A stretch of DNA of 64,000 bases from Octopus sinensis (GCF_006345805.1 NC_042999.1:64232001-64296000); one strand, 5' to 3'. Positions 1 through 14,029 are shown, numbered from the stretch's first letter. The notes: generated by a model not told the origin, from the letters alone. A program made the numbers and translations.

Positions 1-74
1 AGTCAAAATATGTGCTAATGTTAGTTGTAATTACAGCGATGTAATCTGAAGTAGTTATCCTTTTTGAATAGTGC

Positions 75-302
75 CGGCTAGCTGGCAGAAACGTTAGCGC
101 GCCGGGCGAAATTGCGTAGCCGTATTTCGTCTGCCGTTACGTTCTGAGTTCAAATTCCGCCGAGGTCGACTTTGCCTTTCATCCTTTCGGGATTGATTAA
201 ATAAGTACCAGTTACGCACTGGGGTCGATATAATCGACTTAATCCGTTTGTCTGTCCTTGTTTGTCCACTCTGTTTAGCCCCTTGTGGGTACTAAAGAAA
301 TA
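75..302 (+). mobile_element. tRNA-derived CORE-type SINE (family A) with 22-bp target-site duplication
   Basis: Head GCTGGCAGAAACGTTAGC, B-box-like GAGTTCAAATTCC and CORE-like GCCTTTCATCCTTTCGGG..TAAATAAGTACCAG. Flanked by identical AGTTATCCTTTTTGAATAGTGC at 53-74 and 303-324. Confidence 0.85.
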
Positions 303-411
303 AGTTATCCTTTTTGAATAGTGCGTGAGTAACATTGTGACTGAGAATCGTCAATTAAAAAGTGTCTAGCCTGCAATTCATATTGCCGTGTTCTTTGGGA
401 GATTTTTTTAT

Positions 412-600
412 TCGTTGTTTCAGTCATTAGACTGCGACTATGCTGGGGCACCGCCTTGAAGACTTTTTAGTCCAATAAATCGACCCCAGTACTTATTCTT
501 TAAAGCTTGATACTTAGTCTATCGATGTCGTTTGCCGAACCGCTAAAATAACGAGGACGTAAACACACTAACATCGATAGTTAAGCGGGGGGGGGACATA
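412..600 (-). mobile_element. SINE family B 3' half
   Basis: Reverse complement of the GGCGGTGCCCCAGCATAGTCGCAGTCTAATGACTGAAAC tail seen in full copies at 23628 and 30499. Confidence 0.7.
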
Positions 601-625
601 TACACAAGGACACACATACATCACA

Positions 626-674
<49 letters not shown>

Positions 675-678
675 GAGA

Positions 679-743
<65 letters not shown>

Positions 744-762
744 AGAGAGAGAGAGAGAGAGC
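600..762. repeat. (CA)n/(TA)n/(GA)n microsatellite cluster
   Basis: Visible dinucleotide runs. Confidence 0.95.
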
Positions 763-1276
763 AATAAGAAAATGAAGGGGATCAAAGGGCGGTTTATCAA
801 CTTTTAGACATTATATTATGTCAATTTATTTATTTATTTACTAAAATGACAATTACAAGAATATACATACATGTATACCATATTATGCTTTACATATAAA
901 ATCTGTAAAGATACCAGTAATTATTAAAATATAACACACAGGAATATAATATAATATAATATATATATATAGAAGTAGCGGCAAAAATCTACTATTTCCT
1001 TTTTCTACAAAAATATGTCTCCATATTTGTCTCAATATTTGTAACTCACACATGGCAAAAAAGAAGAAAAATAATGAAATCAAACAGTCTTCGATTAATT
1101 ATGAACGCATTTCTAGATTAGAATCATAAGATTCATTTCCGTTATCAGCGTTATCAAAAAAATAAAAAATAAAATTTGTATAAGTTTTTACCGAATAGGG
1201 TCCTTTTCCACAACGAAAAACTACTGGGTGAAATCTGTTGATTTTATTAAATTAATAATCTTTCACCCTATATCTG

Positions 1277-1330
<54 letters not shown>

Positions 1331-1348
1331 GTGTGTGTGTGTGTGTGT

Positions 1349-1632
1349 AGGCGCAATGGCCCAGTGGTTAGGGCAGCGGACTCGCGGTTTCGGGCGTTGT
1401 GAGTGATTATTGAGCGAAAACACCTAAAGTTCCACGAGGCTCCGACAGAGGGTGGTGGCGATCCCTGCTGGACTCTTTCGCCACAACTTTCTCTCACTCT
1501 CTCTTCTCTTGGTCTGCTCGCTTAGCTAGCGGGGTGGCGTCATTTGAAGGCTAAAACAATGCGAAGCGTATTGTGACCAGCGATGTCTAGCAACATCTGT
1601 TAGCCTGGTCGGTCACGGTGATCACGGTGATA
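1349..1632 (+). mobile_element. tRNA-derived SINE family C (tail type 1)
   Basis: Head GGCGCAATGGCCCAGTGGTTAGGGCAGCGGACTCGCGG (A box), shared central domain and tail ..CTGGTCGGTCACGGTGATA. Same subfamily as 17056-17335. Confidence 0.8.
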
Positions 1633-1654
1633 TATATATATATATATATATATA

Positions 1655-3011
1655 ATTAATCAATATAGGGTGGCAAAAAATTTTGTAGAATTTTTTTGCC
1701 ACCAGCGGCCTAGTGGGAAAAAATTAAATAGTCATATACCATTTTTAAGTTCAACATCACAATCAAGGAACGGCCATAATAGGCCATTCACCCACTAGAA
1801 ATAACAGCCAAAAGCTTTAACCGCAAAATAACATCAATTCCGTAAACCAGGAGAAAATTAAAAAACATTTACCCTGTAATTTCTTATACGATGCACCGTT
1901 TCATCTACTGTTTAATGGTAAACTAACCTGATTAAATTAAATCAAGCCAATCCACCATAGGCCCTTAGATTCATCAGTAAGAAATAGCCAAGTCGGAACA
2001 GATATTTTTCACGAGGCATTCCCGTCCTGCCTCGGCAATATCTGACCTAAAATTTTCAAATCATCGCACTCGCGCCAAATTTATCGGCAGCAAATAAATA
2101 TAAGCCGCCGATTCCATTACGGAATTAACCAGAAAATTCATAATTAATCAATATAGGGTGCCAAAAAATTTTGTAGAATTTTTTTTGCCACCAGCGGCCT
2201 AGTGGGAAAAAATGAAATAGTCATATACCATTTTTAGTCAACATCACAATCAAGGAACGGCCATAATAGGCCATTCACCCACTAGAAATAACAGCCAAAA
2301 GCTTTAACCGCAAAATAACATCAATTCCGTAAACCAGGAGAAAATTAAAAAACATTTACCCTGTAATTTCTTATACGATGCACCGTTTCATCTACTGTTT
2401 AATGGTAAACTAACCTGATTAAATTAAATCAAGCCAATCTACCATATTTTGCGGTTAAAGCTTTTGGCTGTTATTTCTAGTGGGTGAATGGCCTATTATG
2501 GCCGTTCCTTGATGTGATGTTGAACTTAAAAATGGTATATGACTATTTCATTTTTCCCATAGGCCGCTGGTGGCAAAAAAATTCTACAAAATTTTTTGCC
2601 ACCCTATATGATTAATTATGAATTTTCTGGTTAATTCCGTAAGGAATCGGCGGCTTATATTTATTTGCTGCCGATAAATTTGGCGCGAGCGATGGATGAT
2701 CGATGATTTGAAAATTTTAGGTCAGATATTGCCGAGGCAGGGACGGGAATGCCTCGTGAAAAATATCTGTTCCGACTTGGCTATTTCTTACTGATGAATC
2801 TAAGGGCCTATGGTAGATTGGCTTGATTTAATTTAATCAGGTTAGTTTCATTAAACAGTAGATGAACGGTGCATCGTATAAGAAATTACAGGGTAAATGT
2901 TTTTTAATTTTCTCCTGGTTTACGGAATTGATGTTATTTTGCGGTTTTTAAAGCTTTTGGCTGTTATTTCTAGTGGGTGAATGGCCTATTATGGCCGTTC
3001 CTTGATTGTGA
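1655..3011. repeat. ~486-bp tandem unit with strand switch (about 1.6 units forward, then about 1.15 units inverted)
   Basis: TAATTAATCAATATAGGGTG begins units at 1655 and 2141. From 2446 the sequence is the reverse complement of the same unit. Bounded by (TA)n on both sides. Confidence 0.9.
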
Positions 3012-3067
3012 TATATATATATATATTAATATATATATATATATATTATATAATATATATATATATA

Positions 3068-3228
3068 TACGACGGACTCTTTTTAGTTTCCGTCTACCAT
3101 ATCCACTCACAAGGCTTCGGTCTGCCCGAGGGTATAGTAGAAGACATCTGCCCAAGGTGCCATGCAGTGCGACCGAACCTGAAACCATGTAGTTGCGAAG
3201 CGAACTTCTTACCCCACAGCCACGCCTT
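3068..3228 (-). mobile_element. SINE family B 5' half (tRNA-like head)
   Basis: Reverse complement of the GGCGTGGCTGTGGGGTAAG..CCTTGGGCAGATGTCTTCTACTATA..GAAACTAAAAGAGTCCGTCG head. Confidence 0.7.
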
Positions 3229-3922
3229 CGCTTATAATTTTCTCCTTATTGGATTTATCTTTGGGAGTATCTATTATTCTGTTGAATGCATGTACTGCAT
3301 TTCTTATATTGGTGATTCTACAAACTGTAATTCTATTTCTCGGTGGAAGCGGTTCCATCAGGATCTATTAGAATTTAGGAGGGTGTTTTCAGCATTCTTA
3401 ACTGATGTGTGAGTTTGTTTCGGTGATGTTGATAGTCAAATGGCCGAAGACAAAAATGGCTTACTGTTTCCATGCAGTTCGAGGTAGGGAGATGTCCGAA
3501 ATGATAAGGTAAGTGCGTGGTTTAGCATTGACAGAAAGTTTAACCGTGGTGGTACTGTGTTCCATTCTTACATTCTTGTGGAGGCTCTCGTATCCTAGCT
3601 GCTTCAAGAATGCTTGCTGTATCGCTATACTGGATTCACGACTTCCCATTCATTATAAGATCACCACCATAATTTGATACCTCTTACTGTATAAAACCGT
3701 GATTAGCTGTTGGAGGCAGTGGGTATCTTGCGTTAAGGGATAGTCTGGTGTTTTTCGAAGTCAGTGCGAATGTCAAGTGTAGCAACGAATTTTTTAGTCA
3801 CACACACACATTCACATATATTTACATAGACATAAAAAACACTGGTGCTTTTTTTATTATTTTTATTTTTATTTTATTTTATTCTATTTTATTTTATTTA
3901 TTTATTTATTTATTTTTTGCAG

Positions 3923-4376
3923 TTTGAAAGAAACTCTAGACTTCACACCATATGTCCATCCATTGTGTTTGGTGAACAACGAAGTAATTGGAGAGAGCTT
4001 CTACAGTGGATTTTACGGAACAGTAGTCGGTTGTGGCGAGACAGCGTTTGGTTATAACTCTTACCCTCGCCATCTTCACGAAGTCAAGCTCCCTTACGTA
4101 TCAGACAACCAATGTCGGAAACGTCTGGCTAAGGGCCACAACATAACAAAGAATATGTTCTGTGCTGGATTTTATAGGGCTTATCAAGGAGATTCGTGCA
4201 AAGGAGACAGTGGTGGTCCTTATACTATACTGTTACCTCAATCAAAACGCTGGATATTGGTTGGTATTGTCTCTTGGGGGTATAACTGCGATCGAAGTAA
4301 TTCAATTGGCGTCTATACAAACGTTGGTCAGTTTTACAAATGGCTCACGAAGACAGTCTCTGTTCGACACCATTAA
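3923..4376 (+). CDS. Terminal coding exon of a trypsin-like (peptidase S1A) serine protease
   Basis: Polypyrimidine tract and AG acceptor at 3921-3922. Translation gives HPLCL, ITKNMFCAG, GDSCKGDSGGP (catalytic Ser, Asp in S1 pocket), WILVGIVSWG and GVYTNV, then stop TAA at 4374-4376. Upstream exons (His, Asp) were not found in the window. Confidence 0.92.
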
Positions 4377-4451
4377 AACAGAGCCACGTAAACTTCGTGA
4401 CAAGAAAGACGAATGTGAAGTTCTACTACTACCCTAGTTGCTGAAACAAAT

Positions 4452-4457
4452 AATAAA
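4452..4457 (+). terminator. Candidate polyadenylation signal of the protease gene
   Basis: AATAAA about 75 nt after the stop codon, with a second at about 4464. Confidence 0.45.
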
Positions 4458-4486
4458 TGTATAAATAAATATGCCAAAACATACGT

Positions 4487-4519
<33 letters not shown>

Positions 4520-5039
4520 TCATTACCAGCCCTGCCAACAACAATTACTCAATGGTAACGATAAATAATAGCAATATAATAATAATAATAATTAATAATA
4601 ATAACATCAACAAAAAGAAGAAATAATCAAATGGAAACAAGTCTGTCACTGTTCTTGCGTAGACAACGAGGACCTTTTCTCGTAAAAACTGTAGGTATAA
4701 TGAAATCAGAAAGTACTTATTAAGTACCCATAGACACACATTCAAATATCCCGTATTTTCTTTTACTTTTTCGCTGGTTTCAGCAATTGATTGTGGCTTC
4801 ATAGAGCATCGCCTTAAAGCGAAAGTAAGAAATAAAGACGTTAGTTCTCATGGCGACAAAAATCAAACTGCAACCACCTGCTGAAGCCCCCCTCCCCCAA
4901 ATCGGGACTATTATTATAAAAAGCGCATGAAGAAATCGATATCACAAGTTTTGTTTCTTGCTGTGTTAATATGACCCGTTGTTTGTTTGTTTTTGTTCTT
5001 TTGTTTTTGTTGAATCTTTATTTATGACCCAAGGATGTG

Positions 5040-5710
5040 ACTTGTGAGGGATTTAATGTCTGAAAAGTATACGTATTCTTTGGTACTCTGTGTTTCTGAA
5101 AACTAAAATGTATTACAAAGAACCTTATATATTTTGAAAACTAAATATGTTGCACGAGATTTTGCGTTTCTGAAGACTAAATATATATTGTAACAAATTT
5201 CACGTTCCTAGTTGCAAAATATATAATTACGAATTAATACTTTTTAAAAGAAAATAATACTGAATGAAGTTTTACGCTTTTGAAAGCGAAATATACTAAA
5301 CATAATCACGTCTCTGAAAAATTAAAAGCAAAATATTAATTTCAATTTAAAACCAAATATATTACAAGGGAGTTTTACTGTTTGGAAACAAAATATTTTG
5401 TCAATGATCTTTGTTTTTGAAAACAAAAATTTACTGGAAGAAATTTTACGTTCTTGAAAACAAAAAATACTGTAAGCGTTGTTACGTTTTGAACCTTATA
5501 TTGCAGAATCTTTGTTTGTAAAACAAAATACATTGTAAAAATACATTAATTTTACGTTCCTCTAAATGATATATGGTGAGGATTGTTACGTTTCTGAAAA
5601 AATTTCATACATTATCAGGAATTTAACATTTCGGAAAATAAAATAAGGAATTATATGTTCCAGAAGTAAAAATGTATTTTAAGGGATTTTACGATCCTAT
5701 TTCTGAAAAA
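5040..5710. repeat. Highly degenerate ~35-40 bp minisatellite
   Basis: Recurring motif TTTACGTTTCTGAAAACAAAATATATT with many substitutions. Confidence 0.55.
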
Positions 5711-6899
5711 AAAAGAAAAATGTTTTTTTTCTTCAACTTTAAGCACATGAAACACCGTACCAGGCACACATTTAAATAACAAGACATAATTTATGCACAA
5801 AAGAGAAGACATTTTATATATAACTTTTACACAAAAAACACCCCATTTTATATACTTTCAAAACGCCAGTAATAGTAATAAATAATAATAATAATAATAA
5901 TAAATAATAATAATAATAATAAGGATAATTATAATAACATTAACTATTATTATTTCTTAGATTATCGGTAAGAATATTAATAACGATAATTATGATGATT
6001 CTTTTAACATGGGCTTAAGATTCCGTTTAAGACAAATAAGAATTGGAGGGAAAAGAGAGTAGATTTGAACATCTTACGAACAGGCAGTATGTATGAATCA
6101 TGTATGTATGTATGTACAGACGTATGGATGTAGATAGATAAACAGATAATGCAGATATAGCATCTGACCTTTCGTAATCGTCATATCTCAGGCAATGAAT
6201 TGCCTTTTAAGAGCTGATGATTTTAAGAAATCTAAAAGGATCTGTATTTGAAAAATTCAAGCCGACGTCCAGAGCTTGTTGTGGAACAAAATGATTGATA
6301 TATTTAAATTAAAGTGATTCGACATATCTAGAAGTAAAACAAGAAATGATAAAATAAAACTAAATAAAATATACATGTATAAATATAAATGAACATGCGA
6401 GTAGGTGTATGCATGTATGTATATATGTATGTAGACATACATAAATACATACATGCATACATACATGCACATACTGTAAAAACAGAAAGTGTTATGTCTG
6501 TGGCGATAAAAATACATTTTTTATGCAAGCTACCTGATACTTGTGTATGTGTGTGTGTATGTGCGTTTGTGTAATTAGCTGTTCGGCAAAAGAGACCGAT
6601 ACAATAATTACCAGACATAAAAATAAGTATTGATTTGTTTATTTAAACAATTCAAGAATGTGTCTTAGCATGGCTGCAGTCCAGTGATTGAAACGAGTGA
6701 AAGAATATAAAAAGAAATCTCTGCCGCCCATCCAACACGCTAAAAAAAAAGCACTTAACCAACCACACACACACACATACACATACACAACACACACACA
6801 CACACAAACACACACAGACATACAAGCAAGCATAATACACATGTCCACAAAACACATAAAATAACATCAGTGGATACACGTTAAATGTTTACTTGGTAA

Positions 6900-8410
<1,511 letters not shown>

Positions 8411-8709
8411 AACAAGTTTACTTAGATATGCATTACTTAAGTTTCACAGCAGTGACAGAAAAAAAAACACTTCTGTGGAATTTTAAACGCTGCTAAGATC
8501 AAATTAATAGAGATAAATTTTTTAAAAAGACTCTAGGAAACATATTGAATGCTCTTCTCTTCCGTTTGTACACCTATCTACTATGCACACACGCGTACAC
8601 ACACGTGTGTGCGCGTATGAGTGACTGAAGGTGAAGTATGAACATCATTTGCAACTAAGTGCAACGAGGTTGTTTTGTTTAGCCCATTTTATTATTAATA
8701 TTATTATTA

Positions 8710-9150
8710 GGCGGTGAACTGGCAGAACCGTTCGTAAGCCGGGCAAGATGCCTAGTATTTTTTTCCGTCGCTACCTTGTGAATTCAAATTCCGCCGAGGT
8801 CGACTTTGCCTTTTGTGCTTTCTGGGTCGATAAAATAAGAACCAGTTGATTACTGGGATCGACGTAATCGACGTGCCCTGTCCCCCAAATTTCGGGCTTC
8901 GTGTTTATAATAGGATTATTATTATTATTAGGCAGCGAGCTGGCGGAATCGTTAGCGTGCTAGGAAAAAAGCTTAGCGGCATTTTGTCCGTCTTTACGTT
9001 CTGAGTTCAAATTCCGTTGAGGTTGACTCTTGCCTTTCATCCTTTCGGGATCGATAAAATAAGTACCAGTTAAGCTCTAGGGTCGATGTAATCGACTGGC
9101 CTCAGACCACAAAATTTCAGGCCCTGTGCCCATAGTAGAAAGGATTATTA
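8710..9150 (+). mobile_element. Two head-to-tail CORE-type SINEs (family A)
   Basis: Heads at about 8710 and 8930, CORE-like domain and (ATT)n tails. Confidence 0.75.
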
Positions 9151-10180
9151 TTATTATTATTAATAAATCATTAATACTATTCATTTATTATTTGGGGGGG
9201 GGGGTGCTATGATAAGCTTAATGGTGTCAGGTGACCGATACACGCAGATATGTGCCTAAGTGGATATATGTATGAAGAAGAAAACGTGGCGGGAGGGAAA
9301 TTGTTAGGATAAATTGGTGAAGGTGTGTTCTGGGAACAGTATAATTGCATTAATGTTTAAAATAATGTACTGTTACGAAGCATAGGAAATGCGCAAGACG
9401 TTTAAATAATACATTCATATATTATTCATACATACATAAACACACACGTACACATTTTCGCATGCACCTATTCGTGCACGCACGCACACGCACACAGGTA
9501 TATGTACATATACATACATAATATACATGTATATAATTGTACAATACAAACATGAAATACATAACCATATATAATATAATTATATACAATATATATATAC
9601 GATACAATATAATATGATGCAATTACTTTCAACGTATTATATCACACATGAATATCTACACACACAAACTAAAAACAAGACAAAAAGCCATAACACGAAC
9701 AATTAACATTGATTAACATTGTACAGCAATTAATCCTCACCTGTTTTGTTTTTGTTGTTTATTTTTTTTGCATATTATTTTTATTTTTTAATTTTATTTT
9801 ACTATTATTTTAAAAAATTTGACGATAGTTTATCGGTATTACTGATAAGGAAAATAAATTTCAAGGAGCACATATATAGAAATATATATTTAATTCTCCA
9901 AATACAGTTATAATACATCTATACTGGCGTTCGTTTTTTATTGGTTTATTCATTGACTTGATGAATTATTATTATTATCATTTTTTTTTCTGTTCTTATT
10001 CCTTTACATATATTCTTATTTTTAAGGAGCGCCACCGCTTGCCAAATTGAAAATATGCCGATTTATCGATTCAGGACGTAAGAATTCAAATGTTATAGTT
10101 TGTTGGACAACTCAGTGACCGACATAGGCATCGCAATACATGCAGTCTACAATATACTCCTTTGTTTGCAAAAGACACCA

Positions 10181-12050
10181 TTTTATTTTTATTTATTTTA
10201 TCTAGTTTCAGCTCACGAGCTATGGCCATGCTGGGGCACCGCCATTTGGTGTTGCTACATGATTTTACTTTACGAATGCTTTTTAGCAATTGCCATTTGG
10301 TGCATGAGAGAGTTCGATGCAGCTGCCCTCATCTGCACCTCCTGCCGTGAAGTTGGTTCATCTGGGACACCTGACAAGAAGAGATCCAGTTTTATTTTAA
10401 AGACATCTGCATCCACCCCATGCAGGTTTCTCAGGTTCTTCGGGAGGATATTGAAGAGCTGTGGGCCTCTGAAGCCCAGGCTATCACAGTATCTTGTCCT
10501 ACATCTTGATAGCATATTTGGAGTCCTTGGCACCATGCAGTGGCGCCCAGTTCTAGCATTTGTGTAACTCTCGATGCCAAAGTTTGGGACAAGTCCTTCT
10601 AGGATCTTTCAGATGTATATTATGGCATATCTTTCTCGTCTACGCCCTAAGGAATGGAGTCTTAATCTCTTGAGTCTTTCCCATTAGCTTATATGCTGCA
10701 CAGAGGCTATCTTCTTCGTGTAGCTTCGTTAGATCACCTCAAGTTCTGTGATTAACTTGACACTGGATGGTGACCATAGCTGAGAGCAATAGTCAAAGTG
10801 GCGTAGGACAAGTGTCCTCCAAAGGACCATCATGGTTTCCTGGTCTCTCGTTCTAAAGGTTCTATGAATCCATCCAGTCAGCCGTCTACATTTCATTGCC
10901 AATTTAGTAACATACACATGAAAGGTTGCGTCATCACTCATGTAAATACCCAGGTCTCGCACTGATTGTGCCTCTGGGATTGCAATCCCTCCAGGTCCAG
11001 TGTATTTATTGGGTATTGCATTTAGTTTTGCATGCTGATAGCATAAAGCTTGAAACTTTTCAGCATTGAACTGCATGCTATTCTTTTCAGCCCACTTGTA
11101 TATTTTGTCCAGCTCACATTGCAGGTGCTTAGTGTCTTCAGGGTTCTGTATTGCCTGTGAAACTTTTGTATCATCTGCATAACTTGTGATCGTGGCTCTC
11201 TGCTTGGCTGAGGGCATGTCTGAGAGGCCCATTATGAACAGTAGTGGTCCCAAAACAGTGCCTTGCGGAACACCGCTCACTATTTGCGTGTTAATGGAAG
11301 TGGCCCATTTGGCTACTACCACCTGACTTCTATCCTTCAGAAAGTCATGAAGCCATTCTTCCAATTTTCCAACTATGCCAAGATCACGCAGTTTGTGACA
11401 TATCATTCCATGGTCGACTTTATCAAAGGCCTTTGCAAAGTCGAGATATATGACTTCCACATTTGAGTGGTTGAGCAGTCGTTTCATCGCCCAGTCATAG
11501 TGTTGTAGGAGCTGAGTTAAGCAGCTTCTTCCTGGTCAGAAACCATGTTGGGTGTCAGGCAGCAAGTTATTTTCTTCAAGGAAGGTGATTAGTTTCCTTC
11601 TGACTATTCATTCCATGACCTTGCTGATGTGTGAGGTCAGAGAGATAGGTCTGTAGTTCTTGGCCTCCGCTCTGCTACCTCCTTTATGAATAGGGCATAT
11701 TTTACCTTCCTTCAGTTTTCTTGGAAGTTTGCCAGTTGCAAGGAAACTCTGAAAGAGGAACTGCAGTGTTCTTGCTAGGACTCTCTTACATACTTTTAGA
11801 AGGATTGCTGGGAATCCATCGGGGCCAGTAGCTGAGTTTGTTTTCATTTCATCTATAGCCTTTATTACATCGTCTTCCTTTATATTGATGTAATCAATCA
11901 TCGCTGCCTCTGATTTTATATCTGCAGTGGTAAAGAAGTCAGTTGGATTGCTGACTTGAAAATGCCCTAGGGGTTGAGTGAAAATACTTTTGAATTGCTC
12001 ATTTAGTATTTCACTTATCCTCATTGGATTTCCTGTGAGTGTGCCATGCT
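10181..12050 (-). mobile_element. 5'-truncated CR1-clade LINE (RT region and 3' UTR) with in-frame stops
   Basis: ORFs 11608-12024, 10729-11487 and 10270-10536 share one frame. Motifs TGPDG, NYRPISLTS, YLDFAKAFDKV, GVPQGTVLGP, YADD. A-rich tail at about 10181-10200. Confidence 0.93.
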
Positions 12051-12433
12051 TAGTTATGTATTAAATAAAGCGGCAATTGGAGGGAGTTGTTAAAAGGTTG
12101 GATACACTTCCGCGTGGTATTCGTTCAGATTCTCTGCGCTTCGAGTTGTGCGTGTATACACACACACCACACACACACACATATATATACATATCCAGGT
12201 GGTGCTATTAAGTTAGACATGGCTGGGCTAATACTGGCCAAAACCTTTCTAAGTTATTCTAAGTATCCGTATGTATATACATACATATATATATTTTTTT
12301 AAAATTAAGGATAAAATCTTTATAAGAAATTATCAGTAGTTAGCGTGAAAAACCTCGTCAGAGAAAAAATCCGTAAATTTTTCCACTTTGAAAATATTTA
12401 TTTATATTATATAGAGGGTACTATTATTCATAG

Positions 12434-12769
12434 GTACCGCACACTAGGAGGGACTTTTGCAGTCAAAACTACTAAAATAAACAAATTGTACCGAATGCAA
12501 AACTTCAAAGCAAGTCATTTATAAACAGAATTTAGTTACATATCATCTGTGATTTCGCAATCAATGCAGAATATGCATTCTATGCTGTTTTTTCTTATAT
12601 GTCTTGAGTTCGTTGCACTGAAGAGCATAGAATGCATATTCTGCATTGATTGCGAAATCACAGATATGTAACTAAATTCTGTTTATAAATAACTTGCTTT
12701 GAAGTTTTGCATTCGGTACAATTTGTTTATTTTAGTAGTTTTGACTGCAAAAGTCCCTCCTAGCGTGCG

Positions 12770-12773
<4 letters not shown>
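12434..12773. mobile_element. Fold-back / MITE-like palindrome, ~150-bp arms and 37-bp spacer
   Basis: 12434-12586 is the near-perfect reverse complement of 12624-12773 (GTACCGCACACTAGG... / ...CCTAGCGTGCGGTAC). Confidence 0.85.
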
Positions 12774-12815
<42 letters not shown>

Positions 12816-12898
12816 GTATCCGTATGTATACATAATATATAATACATATATATATATATATACGTATCCGTATGTATATAATACATATATATAATATA

Positions 12899-12933
<35 letters not shown>

Positions 12934-13035
12934 CGTATCCGTATGTATATACATACATATAATATATATATATATATATATATTATATTAATATACGTAT
13001 CCGTATGTATATACATACATATATATAATAATATA

Positions 13036-13086
<51 letters not shown>

Positions 13087-13108
13087 GTATCCGTATGTAT
13101 ATACATAC

Positions 13109-13151
<43 letters not shown>

Positions 13152-13225
13152 ATATGTGGTGTGTGTGTGTGTGTATCCGTATGTATATACATACATATAC
13201 AATATATATATATATATATATATAT
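12774..13225. repeat. (TA)n interspersed with TACGTATCCGTATGTATA minisatellite
   Basis: Motif recurs about 6 times. Confidence 0.9.
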
Positions 13226-13227
13226 TA

Positions 13228-13860
13228 TAACGGGAAGCTTTATGAAAATAAACAAAAGACGAAGGCAGGTGGAAAACAAACGAACAATTGTATTAGTATG
13301 GCGCTCAGGAAATATAAATAAAACAAGTCTTTAACGTTTCGAGCCTACGCTCTTCAACAGAAAGATACACAGAGAGAGAAAAACACAGAAAGAAGGAGAG
13401 AAAAAAATGCGTGCAGTAGCTAACGAATCAACATGGCGATCTGATTTCGGCCAGAGGTCAAAGATCAAACATGAGACGCGAGAGCGAAATAAGGGGAGAT
13501 AATAGGGTTGATAAATGGGTTGAGGGACCAGCTAAAAGTGCGTGGGAGGGGTCTGGATGTGTGTATGTATAGGGTTGGTGTATGTATTAGTATGTATAAG
13601 GGTGTGTGTGTGTGTGTGTGTGTGTGTATGAGAGAGTATTAGTGCGTAAGATTGGTCTGGACGTGCGTATGTATGGGGTTGGTGTATGTATTAGTATGTA
13701 TTAGTATGTATTAGTACGTATTGGTATGTATAGGTGTGTGTGTGTGTGTGAGAGAGTATAAGTGCGTATGCGGGGTCTGGACGTGTGTATGTATAGGGTT
13801 GGTGTAAGTATTAGTATGTACTAGTATGTATTAGTACGTATTAGTATGTATTAGTTGGTG
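13228..13860 (-). mobile_element. Putative Penelope-like pseudo-LTR / 3' region remnant
   Basis: Contains a hammerhead-like fold and three ~110-120 bp repeats (GGTCTGGAYGTGYGTATGTA..). Embedded in microsatellite. No coding sequence, so the PLE origin is inferred. Confidence 0.55.
13328..13365 (-). ncRNA. Minimal type-I hammerhead-like motif (core CUGUUGA, A6U variant)
   Basis: Minus strand: TCTTT-CTGTTGA-A-GAGC(GTAG)GCTC-GAAA-CG-T-T-AAAGA. Stem I 5 bp, stem II 4 bp, palindromic stem III ACGT. Confidence 0.55.
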
Positions 13861-14029
13861 TGTGTATTAGTATGGCACTTGTATGTGTATACATATATAT
13901 ACATATATATTATATCTATCTTTATATATATATATATTTGTATGTGTATACATATATATATACATATATATTATATCTATCTATCTATATATATATATAT
14001 ATATCTGTATGTGTATACATATACATATA

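Noticed and set aside
1349-1420. tRNA genes at SINE heads (also 23240-23308, 25305, 59355)
   Set aside because: A/B boxes are present, but there is no complete cloverleaf and they continue into SINE bodies.
2755-2825. CTGATGA near GAAA in the 486-bp unit as a hammerhead
   Set aside because: The hairpin after the core is not followed by GAAA, and the permuted reading leaves only 3 nt for stem I.
6200-6240. CTGATGA-TTTTAA-GAAA as a hammerhead
   Set aside because: Stem II is too short and stems I and III do not pair in register.
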